64,000 bases of DNA from Octopus vulgaris (taxonomy: Eukaryota): assembly GCA_951406725.2 (NCBI GenBank), contig OX597821.1:44950001-45014000 (forward strand), read 5' to 3'. Of this stretch, positions 10,285 through 22,544 are shown piece by piece. Numbering within the stretch: the stretch's first letter is position 1; each line of letters starts with the position of its first letter. Made by a program: the position numbers and the translations under genes. Under the pieces are notes generated by a model. That model made no database searches and had not been told where the DNA came from. It saw only the letters and a program-made list of their open reading frames with translations.

Positions 10285-10712
10285 GTTTTTATCTTTTATC
10301 AGTTACTTGTTTCAGTCACTGGATTGCAACCATGCAGGGGCACTGCCTTGAAAGATTTTAGTCAAACAAATTAACATGAGTTATCTTGTTTTTTAAAGAG
10401 TGGCACATGTTTTATCATTCTCTTTTGCCAAATTGCTAACTTACAGAGATGTAAACAAACCAACACTGGTTGTCAAGTGGTGTGTTGGAGGGGGGGTAAC
10501 AAATACAGACACAAAAAAAAAGTAGACACACACACACACATATGGCACAACTAGTTTGCACACAGTTTCTTTTCCTCAAATTGATTCACAGGGCATTGGT
10601 TGGCCCAGGTCTATTGTAGAAGACACCAGCCTGACATACCATGCAGTAGTACTGAACCCCAAACTATGCAGTTGCAAAGTGAGCTTCTTAACCACACAGC
10701 CATGTCGGTGCC
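10285..10712 (-). mobile_element. Degenerate tRNA-derived SINE
   Basis: Reverse complement is colinear with 8048-8468. Confidence 0.75.
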
Positions 10713-10726
10713 TATATATATATATA

Positions 10727-10866
10727 TATTATTCAAAACAGTTTGACTCAAATTCCAAGTTGCTTTGAATTTTGAAGCCCCTTATTGAGCCTATCTCCTC
10801 AGGCTCTGTTAGGGGCTTCAAAACTTGAAGTAGCATGGAATCCGAATCAAACTATTTTGAATAATA
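10727..10866. repeat. Imperfect ~66-bp-arm hairpin abutting (TA)n
   Basis: tattattcaaaacagtttgactc...gaagcccc..gagcct / aggctc..ggggcttc...aaactattttgaataata. Confidence 0.8.
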
Positions 10867-11929
10867 CATGCAACTCCCAATGAGTTGAGTGCCCTTTTTT
10901 CGTGTGTCCACTCACACACACACACACATATCTATATATGCCTGTGTCTATATTTATATATAGGCACAAGCATAGCTGTGTGGTTGAGGAGATTGCTTCC
11001 TAACTACATGGTTTCAGATTCAGTTACACTGCATGGTACATTAGGCAATTGTCCACTACTATAGACTCTGTGTGAGTGTGTGTGTTAAATTGTTAATCAT
11101 TTTAAAGGTAGTTTAAGAAAAACAATGGAACATTAACTAATGAAGGTGACTAAATACTGAGAGTAGTCAAATTTATTGTGAGCAATCTCTCTCTCTCACA
11201 ACACACACACACACGCACAAGCATGTCACACACACTTTTGATTGCATGACCTCTTAAAAAATATCAAGTTATTGCTTACTGTATTAATTTACAAGTCTTT
11301 TCAAATTGCAGTAAGACAAAATTAAGGTAGGACTTGTTTCTGGTTCATTTTATGTACATGTATATATTGTGCTTGTGTGTGCACAGGCACACACACACAC
11401 ACACACACACACACACCATTTCAAAGTATTATTTATAAGTGCACAAAAGCTATAGACATAATTTAGTAAATATTCCTGAAATGTTAGGTATTATCATTTA
11501 TGGATCAAATTATGATTAGGCATTTTTCTATAATCGGCATAAACAGAAATTTACCTAGGTGAGCATAGCTATGTTACAAAGTTGTATATGAATCATTATA
11601 TTGTATACTGAGATAATTGTTTGGTAGGCAGAGATGGGTAATTGTATATTTTTATTGTGTGGTAAACTGATGACACATGGTTCAATTCCCAAGTTCATCT
11701 TTATCCTTGCAGCCAGAGTTATCGTCAAGACTGTAGAAATTGTAGTACAGACAACAGGGTGGCTAAAAACAAAAACAGGAAAAAATTATAGGGGAATATA
11801 TTCTTCTAGTCAGTGTTGTAACAGGTCGAGGGTTCTTCTGGGAGGGTATTGGTCCTCCACAGAATGTTTGGATGAGGAGGATGTCATCTCAGCAATGAGC
11901 CAACATGCCATGGGTCGCCATTAGTCTGG

Positions 11930-12050
11930 AATCTCCCTGAGAGAATGACCTGCCTAGGGTAGCCGTACCAGGGGCAAAGCTCCAGACTGTAGCGCTCTTT
12001 TGGATCTATGGAATACACAAGCCTCCTCACCACAATGAGGCCAAACCAGG
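11930..12050 (-). mobile_element. RTE-clade (Expander/BovB-like) 5' UTR-like segment
   Basis: Minus strand cctcattgtggtgaggaggcttgtgtattcc...tctggagctttgcccctggtacggctacc resembles the RTE 5' motif as I recall it (not verified). Confidence 0.5.
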
Positions 12051-12399
12051 AGGGACTGACACGGGACCACCAGTGATGGACAGCACTGGTGGACCTGGTC
12101 TACACATGATGGCATCTCTGGGACCACAAACCTGCGATGATTCCAGCCTCGTCAAGCAAGAGCATGAAGCAAAGGAATATATTCAGTTTGAATCTGTTTA
12201 TGCATCCTTCTGTCCTTTTCTATACAAGGTCTTCAACACAACTTTATTCAAGAGATATGCAGTGTCTTCTTTATGCTATGTTTTCTCCAACCATCACAAT
12301 CAACCTTTGAATCACAGCTTCATTTGTATGACACAGTTTTGGATTTTGTCTCGGGGAATCTGTACACTGTTTCTGTAGTGTGCATACAAAATGCTTAAC

Positions 12400-13600
12400 T
12401 CTAGCAGGCTGGTCATAAAAAAACCTCTTTGGGAATGCAATCATTTTGAATCCAAGTCAAATGACCACCTTAGTGAAGTTGATATCTTATTAATAATGGC
12501 TGCATACCAGTGACTTTTCAGCATGATAGGACTTCTGTATTGGATATCATATCCTCCCACTTGATTTTAGAGATTTTATGAACACAATAAAGAGGAAACT
12601 GTCTAATTGTTTTATCTGCATCTGCATGTAATACAGGGGATTTACAAAACAAGAGTGTTGTAATTACCTCTGCTTTATATGTCTGAATCTTCATATACAG
12701 TGAAATATCTGGATCATTCCAAAGCAGATTTGTCAAAGCAGTACTTGTTTGGCCAATTGTGGAATAAACAGTGAAATTCTTAGTTTATTGGACATTGTTG
12801 TACTGCTCAAGTAGGTAAAATTCTTCACCACTTTTAGCACCTTTCCACTAATAGGGATTACTGGTTTATTCAGGAAGGATCCAAGCCTAGGTAAGGGTTG
12901 GAGCATGATTTCAATCTTCATGCTGACAGTGAGACCAACGTTCTTTGCAGCAGCCAAAAACAATCTGTAATTCTTTGAATATCAAAAGCATGATCAATAA
13001 GGAATAATCATCTGCAAAGAGCAACAGCACATGCACAAACACTTTTGATATCTTTGTTTTAACATGAAGTTGTTGAAGATTGAAAATGTTGCTATCAATT
13101 GGAAACTGAATCATGCAGCCAATTGGAGATTCTTTGAAGGCTGAATTAGGCATAATCAAGAAGTAGGTACTGAATAATGATGGGGAAAGAACACAGCCTT
13201 TCTTGACACATTTGTCCCAATAAAAGGTGTAACTATGATTCTATTTTCAACGACAGTTCTTTACATTCCATTATGAAAGGATGTCATGATTTCCACAAAA
13301 CCAGGAGGACAGCCAATCTTGGAGAGTACTTTCCACAAACTATCACACTTAACACTGTTGAATACTTTGATAAGACCAATGAAAGTAATGAAGAGATAAA
13401 AGCTTTGCTCTCTGACCTTTTCTTTAAAGTTGATGAAGTAAAAACTAAATCAGTTGTTTCTTTTTTGGCACAAAACCATTTGACTTCCTGAGATAATGAC
13501 TTATTAATGCAGCATTAATGGAATAGCTTCATGGAAGTAAGATTTTATCCAAATACTTCCCAAGTACTGTCTATAACTAGACCGAATGCATCACTTGTGA
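12400..13600 (-). pseudogene. Decayed RTE-clade reverse transcriptase
   Basis: Frameshifted peptides LLFADDYSL, VGLTVSMKIE, VVKNFTYLSST, KIQTYKAEVITTLL. Confidence 0.8.
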
Positions 13601-14075
13601 ACCTTTACCACTGTCCCCTCTTTTTCAAACATTCAAATTATAACTCCGGTTTAAGAAAAACTTAATATTGTCATGTGCTGTTCCCTACTACAGCAACCAA
13701 TTAATCATAGTTTCTTACCTCATTCTCACCTCTCTCCCCATGTCAGAGACCCAGCAAGAAAGTTCAGTTACTGCTCTTCTTTCTTTGACTAACACAAAGT
13801 ATGTGTGAATGTGTGATGTGTGTTCTTGAATTTTACTTGTTTAGAAAATGGTGTCATCTGGGATCAAGTGTTGATACTAAAACAATTAGAAACTGATGGA
13901 TAAAGAAATCAAACTACATAAACGGCAGCAAAACTGTTCAGAAATTAAATAACACTAACATATTCAGTAACAATGATAAATTTAGTTCATCCTCAACAAT
14001 TTTTACTTTCACTAATTTTAAATATATCGCACCTGTTTAAAACCTCTTACCTACTTGACAATTGCATTTCTAGTT

Positions 14076-14256
14076 CTTCCTCAAAGGAAGCTTTACTTCT
14101 TGGACTCACATTTTTGTGCGCAACAATGTTGTCAAACCTCCCTTAACAGCACTGTATGCAGGTCCTTTCCGTTTTCTTTCACACACGGATAAATTTTTCA
14201 CTATAGACCTTAATGATCATAAAGACACTGGACTAAAAAAAAAGCCTTCATAGAGG
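14076..14256 (+). pseudogene. Gypsy/Ty3 integrase C-terminal (GPY/F module) fragment
   Basis: 14101-14229 reads WTHIFVRNNVVKPPLTALYAGPFRFLSHTDKFFTIDLNDHKDT. Confidence 0.7.
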
Positions 14257-14384
14257 AAACTGTCCCTGTTACCCACTGCAGATGACACACACACAGCATT
14301 ACAAACATGTCCCACAACCCACATTCACATTCCAAGACTACTGGGATCGATCAGGTACTGAACAAGGATCCTGGATTATTTTCC

Positions 14385-14558
14385 TGGTTGTTTTTATTTA
14401 ATTCTTGAGAGTGGTCGGGTTCATTTTTAGGATTCTCGTTTGTGAGAACAGTCGAGATTATTTCATATATTCTCATTTAAAAAATCCTCTCTGGCTAATC
14501 ATTGAGAGGACACTGGTGTTGCCTTGGCAGAGGTTTGCACTCTCAGGGTGCTCTTATT
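14385..14558 (+). mobile_element. 3' end of a Helentron/DINE-like non-autonomous element
   Basis: ccttggcagaggt subterminal motif followed by the stem-loop gcactc-tca-gggtgc and a T-run. Confidence 0.45.
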
Positions 14559-15432
14559 TTTCCTTATTTTGAGGGTGTGTATATGTGTGTTGTTTAGTCC
14601 CAGGTCAGTTCTGATCAGGCAGACCTATCAATGTATATTATCTAATGTGTCCTACCATACTTTTTTGAGAGAGTAGAGCATAATTTGAGAGGTATTTTTG
14701 GTAGGGTGAACAAACTTGTAAAGGGACACTTGTTCCATGTTGTATGTAGTGTAATGTGTCTATGATTGGGTGTGTATGCATGTGTGTATTATTTAAAATG
14801 CACACATGCATATATACGCTAGATATGTCTACATAATTTGGCAAGATAACCACCCAGTTTGGCTTTTGGTATTTTGAGCTATCATCAGAATTGGTGTAAT
14901 CTAAATTATAAAAAGAAAACTCCTTTCCTACCCATCACCCATCAAACTAGTATACGGTTGGAATCAAATATAAGTTAAATGTATTAAATTTTTCTCTGTA
15001 TGTGGAGGGGAGTGAGGAGGAGAAAAAGAGAGAAAGAAAAAAAATCTAATAAAACTAGTAAGTCATCAGCCTATATCAGAACACAGTAACCTAAAAGATC
15101 ACAATCTACCTCAAGGTCATTTAATGAAACATTTCGCTTAAAAAAGTGTGTGTGTGTGTGTGTGTATGTGCACACGATTATCTACTGATTGATGTCAGCA
15201 TGTGTACTAGCCACTGCCATTACATTTGCACATTAGTTAAAAGGAGCAAGCACACATGCATGTACCACCATCACTATCAGTAGTAGCAGCCACACCATAT
15301 TATACTTACTCCACCTCCTTATTAACATTCTGATATGGGGGGGGGGCTATCAAATGCATAACATTGTATATGTGTGGTGTGTGTATGTCTATATATATAT
15401 ATATATATATATGTATGTACACACACACACAC

Positions 15433-15498
<66 letters not shown>

Positions 15499-16180
15499 AA
15501 TGAAAAACAGAAGATGGAATATACGAGAATATATTATTAATCACAATTGTTTCGACACATCTAGCATCAACTCCTCTTGTGGGACACACAAAAACTGGTT
15601 CAGGAGCATCCGGTGGTGCAGATGTATCTTGTTGGGTGATAAATAAATAAAAAAAACTCGTTAAAATGACTGTTCCATAATGTAACTTCCCGTTTTGTAG
15701 AGAGAAAAATAGCCAGACGGAGGAAAATTCTTCATATATGTAGAAGATCCAAAAATAAAATTGCAGAAGACAAAAAGAGAAACGAACACTTAATCCAGTG
15801 AGAAAAGTATTGAAAATAACCATTAACAGGTATGGATGTATAAACGCCCTCGAGCAAGCTGCATGGCACGAGTACACACGCTTATACAAGCATTAGCAAA
15901 GATGTGAGCATACATACACACGAGGTTAGGCGCCGCGCTCATAAGTACAAAGTGAGTTAGATATTTAATAGGTGTTTTCAAGAGTAAAGTCACCAGACTG
16001 GAACGTCTCAAACCATCAATGTACAGTGCACTCGTTTGCCAAACCTCTACCAAACACCTCACTGATGTTTCGAGCTGTCTCATATTCTTAATCAACACAA
16101 ATTTTTTATCTATCCTGTTACTGGTGGTGGTGATGTTAGTACGTGCATGTGTGCTCGCTCCTTTTAACTAATGTATTAGA

Positions 16181-16490
16181 GTGAAGGCGCATGGCTCAAT
16201 GGCTAGAGCATTGAGTGTACGATCATGAGATTGTGAGTTCAAATCCCGGACCAGGCTGCATGTTGTGGTCTTGAGCAAGACACTTTATTGCACATTGCTC
16301 CAGTCCACTCAGCTGTAGAAATGAGTTGCGATGTCACAGGTGCCAAGCTGTATTGACATTTGCTTTTCCCTTGGATAACATCAGTGGTGTGGAGCGGGGA
16401 GGCTGCTATGCATGAGTGACTGCTGGCCTTCCATAAAACAACCTTGCCTGGACTTGTGCCTCGGAGGGTAACTTTCTAGGTGCAATCCCA
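16181..16490 (+). mobile_element. tRNA-derived SINE (related degenerate copies ~42437-42650, ~49262-49540)
   Basis: A-box tggctcaatgg, B-box gagttcaaatcc, then cttgagcaagacacttt...tccactcagctgtagaaatgagt. Confidence 0.8.
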
Positions 16491-16879
16491 TATTTCAGTA
16501 TATATTAGATAGATATGTATACATACACACACACACACACATATATCAAGTCATTAAGAATGAAATGTCTGATTTTCTTACACACCAAGTTTGACAGTCA
16601 TTAACTCTTGATGTTTTATCCTGAAAATTTTTTTCTTTTTACAACATTGAAGAGTTACATCATCACTTTTTGAAATGCAAGGTATGGGTTGATTTCAGGG
16701 GAGTTACCGTTACCCAAGATGTCATGCAGTAGGATTGAATCGAGAAGCTTGTGAGTGTGAAGCAAACTTCTTAAACATTTGGCCACGCTACATTCATATT
16801 GATATACATGGGCAATATCCTAAATGCCATTTAGTATATTGCCTATGTATATCAATGAAATACATAGCAAACTTCTTAT

Positions 16880-17250
16880 CTGTGATAAGAATTTTGCTTC
16901 CAACCACATGGTTTCCAGTTCAGTCCCACTGTGTGGCACCTTGCACAAGTATCTTATACTAAAGCCTCAGGCCAACCAAAGCCTTTTGAGTGGATCTAGT
17001 AGATGGAAACTAAAAGGAGGGTATCACACTCACACACACATGTGTGTGTCTTAGAGTCTGTGTTTGTCTCCTCCTCCCACTATTTGACATCTGGTGTTGG
17101 TGTGTTTACATCCCTGTAACTTAACAGCTTGGTAAAAGAGAACAGTAGAATAAAAAGTATTTGTGTTGGTACATTCCTCTTAAATTCTTCAAGGAAGTGC
17201 CCCAGTATGGCTTCAGTTTCATGACTGAAACAAGTAAATGATAAAAGATA
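16880..17250 (+). mobile_element. Degenerate tRNA-derived SINE (8048 family)
   Basis: Colinear with 8048-8468. Confidence 0.75.
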
Positions 17251-18208
17251 AAGTAAACTGATCCAATAATCTGCTGTCATTAGTTCTAGTTGTCTTAATC
17301 TAATTAAAATAGTCCTAACACTAAGTAGGTCACTTTAACATTCCACTATCCCATAATTCATAGGACAACACCTGTGAAATGGGCTGAAAGGGTTACAATT
17401 TTTAATTTCCATTTTTCTTGTGACTTTGTGTGAGTGACATCAATTTGAACTCCTCTACTCTCCCATAAATCAAGCGTGTTGATCAGACCCTTGGTTGTTT
17501 GTATATATACTACTGAAGGGGTCTGTATGCTTCACACATCATGGCCCTCACAGAATTCCTTTTGTGACAGTTAATCATCAATATGATCTAAACTCTTGCT
17601 AAACTGCTCAAGGCAATGCTGCAGGTTTTCAAAGACAACATTTATCAGATATGCAAAGCCTTTATTTGGATTGTCAAATTGAGTGAATGGGGGATAAAGT
17701 TGGAGTCAAGGATTGATTATACATCTTAATTAGGTGGCCAAACTAGTCCATTTAATGAGTTTTGTTTGTAAACTTATTTGCCCTATATTTTAGAAGGTGA
17801 CCTAGACTCCACCTCTTATACACCAACAATACTTCTCACAACAAGATTCCCAACAAAAGAGGATGCAATGGCGCAGGTGATGGGAGAGTTGTGGGTGCTC
17901 CTTCCAACACCACACCCACAGTGTGATGAAACTACAGGAATGGGACTATTATTGCAGATATATGTGGTACCCCAACCACTACAATAGGAGGGGTGCTGTT
18001 CGTAGAGAAACCTTCCCAAATCAGTTTACAGCCTGATGCAGCCTCCCAGCTTGCCAGTTCTCAGGCAACCATCCAACCCATGCCAGTATGAAAAGCAGCC
18101 GTTAAACGATGATGATGATGATGATGATGATAATGATGGGGTGGCCATGACTAGAAACGCTGATTTAATTATTTAGTTCCCTTTCTCTCCTCCCACATAC
18201 CAACATAC

Positions 18209-18257
18209 TTTCTCTGTGTCAAAGGTCAGGTGAAACCTGACCTTTGACACAGAGAAA
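18209..18257. repeat. Perfect 23-bp inverted repeat with 3-nt loop
   Basis: TTTCTCTGTGTCAAAGGTCAGGT-GAA-ACCTGACCTTTGACACAGAGAAA. Confidence 0.95.
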
Positions 18258-18699
18258 CGCAACTGAGTGAGGCTACACAGTAACAACAGTAATTCATAAT
18301 TTCACAGTTGTCTCACCACCACCGTCACTTCTACCAACTCCACCACTGCTACTACAGCCATTCATCAGCATCATAACCAGTAACTCCATATATTGAACAA
18401 CTGTGTACCATTAACCTTTCTATACAGTATTGTCTCCCATAGCCATATTCCTCCTGTTTATTATCCTACACTTACTCTTTGACCTTACAACTCTATTTTT
18501 CTAATGCAGTTTCAGTGTTCTTATCCATGATACTAGTGCTATATTTATGTATGTGTATGTGTGTCTACATGTGTTTGTATTGTGCTTATGTGTCTGTGCA
18601 TTTGTGTACGTGTGTATCCATGTGTGCATGCCTCTGTGTGTGTGTGTGTTTGTGTTTGGGTGTATTTATGCTTGAAGTGTGTGTGTTTTACTGAACTGG

Positions 18700-18990
18700 T
18701 CTGGAGGGGGAGACAGATAAAGACAGTCCATGATCCATAAGACTGATGCCATTAATCTTATTCTTCAACTGTTGCAAGACAATAGCTGCAGGGAGAGAAT
18801 TGTTCCAGAAAATTGACATTCTGTCACAGAGCGGTTTGCATGAAGTCTTGGGGATGAGGGCACAATATGAGTGATGAAGGAACATAAAGCAGCCAGTTCC
18901 AAGAAGCAAAGACACTTGTAGTAGAAAGGGTAGGAAAGGCAAAGAGAGGAGACAACATGTCTAGGACAAGAGGTTGGAGTGTGTTAGGGA
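18700..18990 (-). pseudogene. Jockey/CR1-group LINE ORF2 C-terminal fragment
   Basis: HSYCALIPKTS...FWNNSLPAAIV..LQQLKNKIN resembles the LINE C-terminal WNSLP motif. Confidence 0.5.
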
Positions 18991-19042
18991 CTGACTATAT
19001 GGGCAGTTAGCTGAGTGGGCTTTAACAAGACACAGTGTAGGA

Positions 19043-19268
19043 CAGTGGTTCACAACAATTTTTTACCTATGGACCCGTTTGATTCCTATTTTACTCATGT
19101 GAACCCTCATAACCATTCAATGTTTAAAAAATCCTATAATATTTTTATTATGAAATATTATTAGGAGTTGTATTAAAAATGTATAAACAATTTATTCCAG
19201 ATAAATTTTAACAAAAAAATCTTATATGGATCTCCAAGGGCCATATAAATCCTAGTGGAGAACCACTG
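19043..19268. mobile_element. hAT (Buster/Charlie-type) MITE
   Basis: TIRs CAGTGGTTCACAAC / GTGGAGAACCACTG; degenerate 8-bp TSD gtgtagga / gtccagga; partial relative at ~27373-27480. Confidence 0.8.
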
Positions 19269-19739
19269 GTCCAGGATGTTTGTGTGTATGTTTGCAGTAA
19301 AAACAACGGGTACAGATTTTGGGTGCCCTTCTTGTGACACCAGCATTACAGGATATTCAAGCTAAATTTGATACCTTGCATAAAAAGAAAATGTAACTCA
19401 ATATCCCACCCAAAAATAAAAGTATTTTTTTTTTAAATCAAAAATATCACTTAGATTATGGCTAAGAGATAACAGTTTACTCAAAGTAGCTGCCCTCGGC
19501 TTCTATTGCTAGATAGTCATTGAACCTACACTAGGTTCATCCATCCTTTTGACAGATTTGGTTTTTAGTCCTGCCGTGTTTCTAGCAACCCTCCTCATCA
19601 GGCAAGCCTAGTGGAGGTGCTGCTTTAGTTGCTGATGACTCAAACATGCAACTGGTTGTACTGGATTCTATGCATGTTACCACATGATAGATCTTACAAG
19701 TGACTGACACAATATACATACATATATATATATATATAC

Positions 19740-19921
19740 TCATTTAGAGATAGTAGGCCCCTTCATCCCACCATATAAAAGAATTTTAATTTAAATTTAA
19801 TACTTACAACTTATATCTCGGCTACACGTGTTTCTTGAGGTTCATTTTCTGGTTCCTTAACCACGCCGTGTTTTGCAGGAACCTTTCGTAAAAGTAGAAG
19901 GGGCCTACTATCTCTAAATGA
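19740..19921. repeat. Perfect 25-bp inverted repeat within a short insert flanked by (TA)n
   Basis: TCATTTAGAGATAGTAGGCCCCTTC (19740-19764) / GAAGGGGCCTACTATCTCTAAATGA (19897-19921). Confidence 0.9.
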
Positions 19922-19996
19922 AAAAATATATATTTCCTCATTGAGAATAATTTGAACCCCTCTGATGCCGGAATTTTTATTCCCTAACAAATAAAA

Positions 19997-20047
<51 letters not shown>

Positions 20048-20169
20048 GTATATATCAGGCACATGCCATCAGTAATTACTCAGGCTAGGCAGTTCATGAA
20101 TTGCCTACCCTTTTACAAATGACTTTCATTATGACAGACAGGTCTCTTCAAATAGTGAATCAAACAACT

Positions 20170-20760
20170 ATCTCAGTCCTTTGTCATCTCCTCTGCTAAC
20201 CTCAACTTCTTAAGATCATCAGCATTTTGTCTCACTATTGGGTATCCCTCTTTCATTAGTTCCATCCACTTTAAGTGATTGGCATATGTTTATACTGCAG
20301 TCATCGTACATATACATCACGTGACCATACTAGCACAGACTTCTCTCTTGCACACTACATCTTCCTTTTATGCCCAATTTTTGTCTTAACACATCTGCAC
20401 TTTGTTGTATATGCAGACTGAGATTGCACATCCCACAGAGCATACTAACATCATTTCTTCATTAGTCTCCATAAGTCCTCTGCATTCAGAGTCCATGTCT
20501 TATTACAATATAGCATTGTTGTTCCAACACAAGCATAATACAATCTGCCTCTTACTCTGAGGGAGAGACCTTTTCTTAGACAAGCCTTCTTTCCCTCAGA
20601 GATAATCATGCCCTGAACTTTTTTCATTCTGTTATTATTCTAACAACTACACTTTCAGAACAACCTCCTCCAATGCTAATTAGGTCACCTAGGTAACAGA
20701 AACTATCTAACTACTTACTACCCCTAGGGAACCTCTAGGGCATTTGAGAGAATCTATCCC
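20170..20760 (-). pseudogene. Decayed RTE RT C-terminal fragment (33 kb family; similar pieces 45090-45530 -, 52480-52850 +)
   Basis: Minus strand FCYLGDLISIGGGCSESVVVRI and GRLYYACV motifs. Confidence 0.75.
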
Positions 20761-20782
20761 CCTCACCCATGTATGTATGTAC

Positions 20783-20841
<59 letters not shown>

Positions 20842-21674
20842 CCCCCCCTACACACACACAATATACTTATATCCTATTTGATAAAAAGAAAAAAATCAGA
20901 CAGCAGCAACAGCAAGAACAACATCAGTAATGGCAGCCAAAATTGCCCCTGTAAAAGGAAACTAACTGTATCCTGTCCCTTTCATGAACCCTAAAATGTG
21001 ACATTTATCAAACTACTTCAACTGTTATGTCTGTAATTTAGGTCAGGCTGTGTGACTGAGAATACAGGAGAGAAAATAACAGCTCTTTTGAGATTAGAAC
21101 CCCACCCCTACACACACATACACAAGCACACACAATAAAGATGCTTCTAGAAATACCAGAACCAACCTGATATATATATAGTAAATGTAAGAACATGTAT
21201 AATGTAGTTTACTATGGAAGACTATCATCAGGTAATTTGGTTGGTCACTAATCTCACACAATATCATATTTCCTATCCCCATCTTTTTATTTATCCATGA
21301 AAAAAGATTTATTTACAAGATTAAAATGGTGAATAATATTGAACCTAATAATGATAATAACAAACAATAAATCAAATAAGGATTTCCAATACCTTTGGCA
21401 GAAAGTTGTGTTTTAGGGAAAGGTATTATCAATTCTATGAACTACTGTATTCAAATAGTACATTAAATAATAGTATACTGAATATGACATTTAGAGTTCA
21501 CATCCGACCAAGGTTGGATTTGCCTTTCATACCTCTGAGATTGATAAGAAAAAGCAGCAGACTTTAGTCCTGAGGTTTATGAGATCAACTTATTTCATCA
21601 CTTCAAAATTGCTAGCCTTGAGGCAAAATCAGAAACAATTATTATTAACATCATCATCATCATCATCATCATTA

Positions 21675-21858
21675 CACCAGGTAGAATGTTTAGTGGCATT
21701 TAGTCTGTCTTCAGGTTCTGAGTTCAAATTCCACTGTGGTTGACTTTGCCTGTCTTCCTTTTGAGGTCAATTAAATAAGTACCAGTTGAGCACAGGGGTC
21801 AATACAATCAACGTAACTCCTGCCTTGAAACTGCTGGACTTGTGTCAAAATTTGAAAC

Positions 21859-21860
<2 letters not shown>
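21675..21860 (+). mobile_element. SINE with gcctttcatcc...gataaa..agtacc core (better copy 24622-24822; fragments 21490-21640, 28152-28282, 7865-7940)
   Basis: gttctgagttcaaattcc...gactttgcc...aagtaccagttgagcac is shared between copies; (ATT)n tail. Confidence 0.75.
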
Positions 21861-21889
<29 letters not shown>

Positions 21890-22544
21890 TTAAAAGGATT
21901 GATGTAACTCTTCCCAAAGGTAAACAGACAAGACAAAAAGCATGATGTAATTGCAACAGGTATTTTATTGGTTGAAAAATATTTCTGACAGCAAGCCTGT
22001 CTTTGTCAAGTTCAAAATGAAAAGTGATAAAAATTCAAAATTCTAGAAATTCTAGAAATTCAAATGTAAAATATGAGAGCAACCAATGTGCACACATTGA
22101 TGGAATGATAACATCAGTCTTCAAGTATCAATTTTACAACTGGCGAAAGAAAAAAAAAGAAAAGGAAAAAAAAAAAGAAAAGTATTGTAAAGCAGTCTTT
22201 TACCACTTTTGTATCTGTCTTTTGCTGATGGCTGTCACCCTGACAGATATCGTTATATTAACAAAGACATCAATAGAATGTTTCTATCTGGCACTATAGG
22301 ACCCCTCCTCAAACAGTGTTATTATCCTCAAAAAGTTGGATTACTATATCAGCCCAGACATGACTATCAAAACAGTCTACACATCCTTCTGACCTTCTCC
22401 TGTTGACCTGCTAGTGGTGTATTTATAACAGCTGCCTACTACCACTTTTTACCTGGGAGGGGTGTACAGTTTCACTATACAACAAAAAGGAAAAAGAAGA
22501 AGAATATTTAATCAGTTTTGTGTAAATTTAATGAAATTCTCCTG

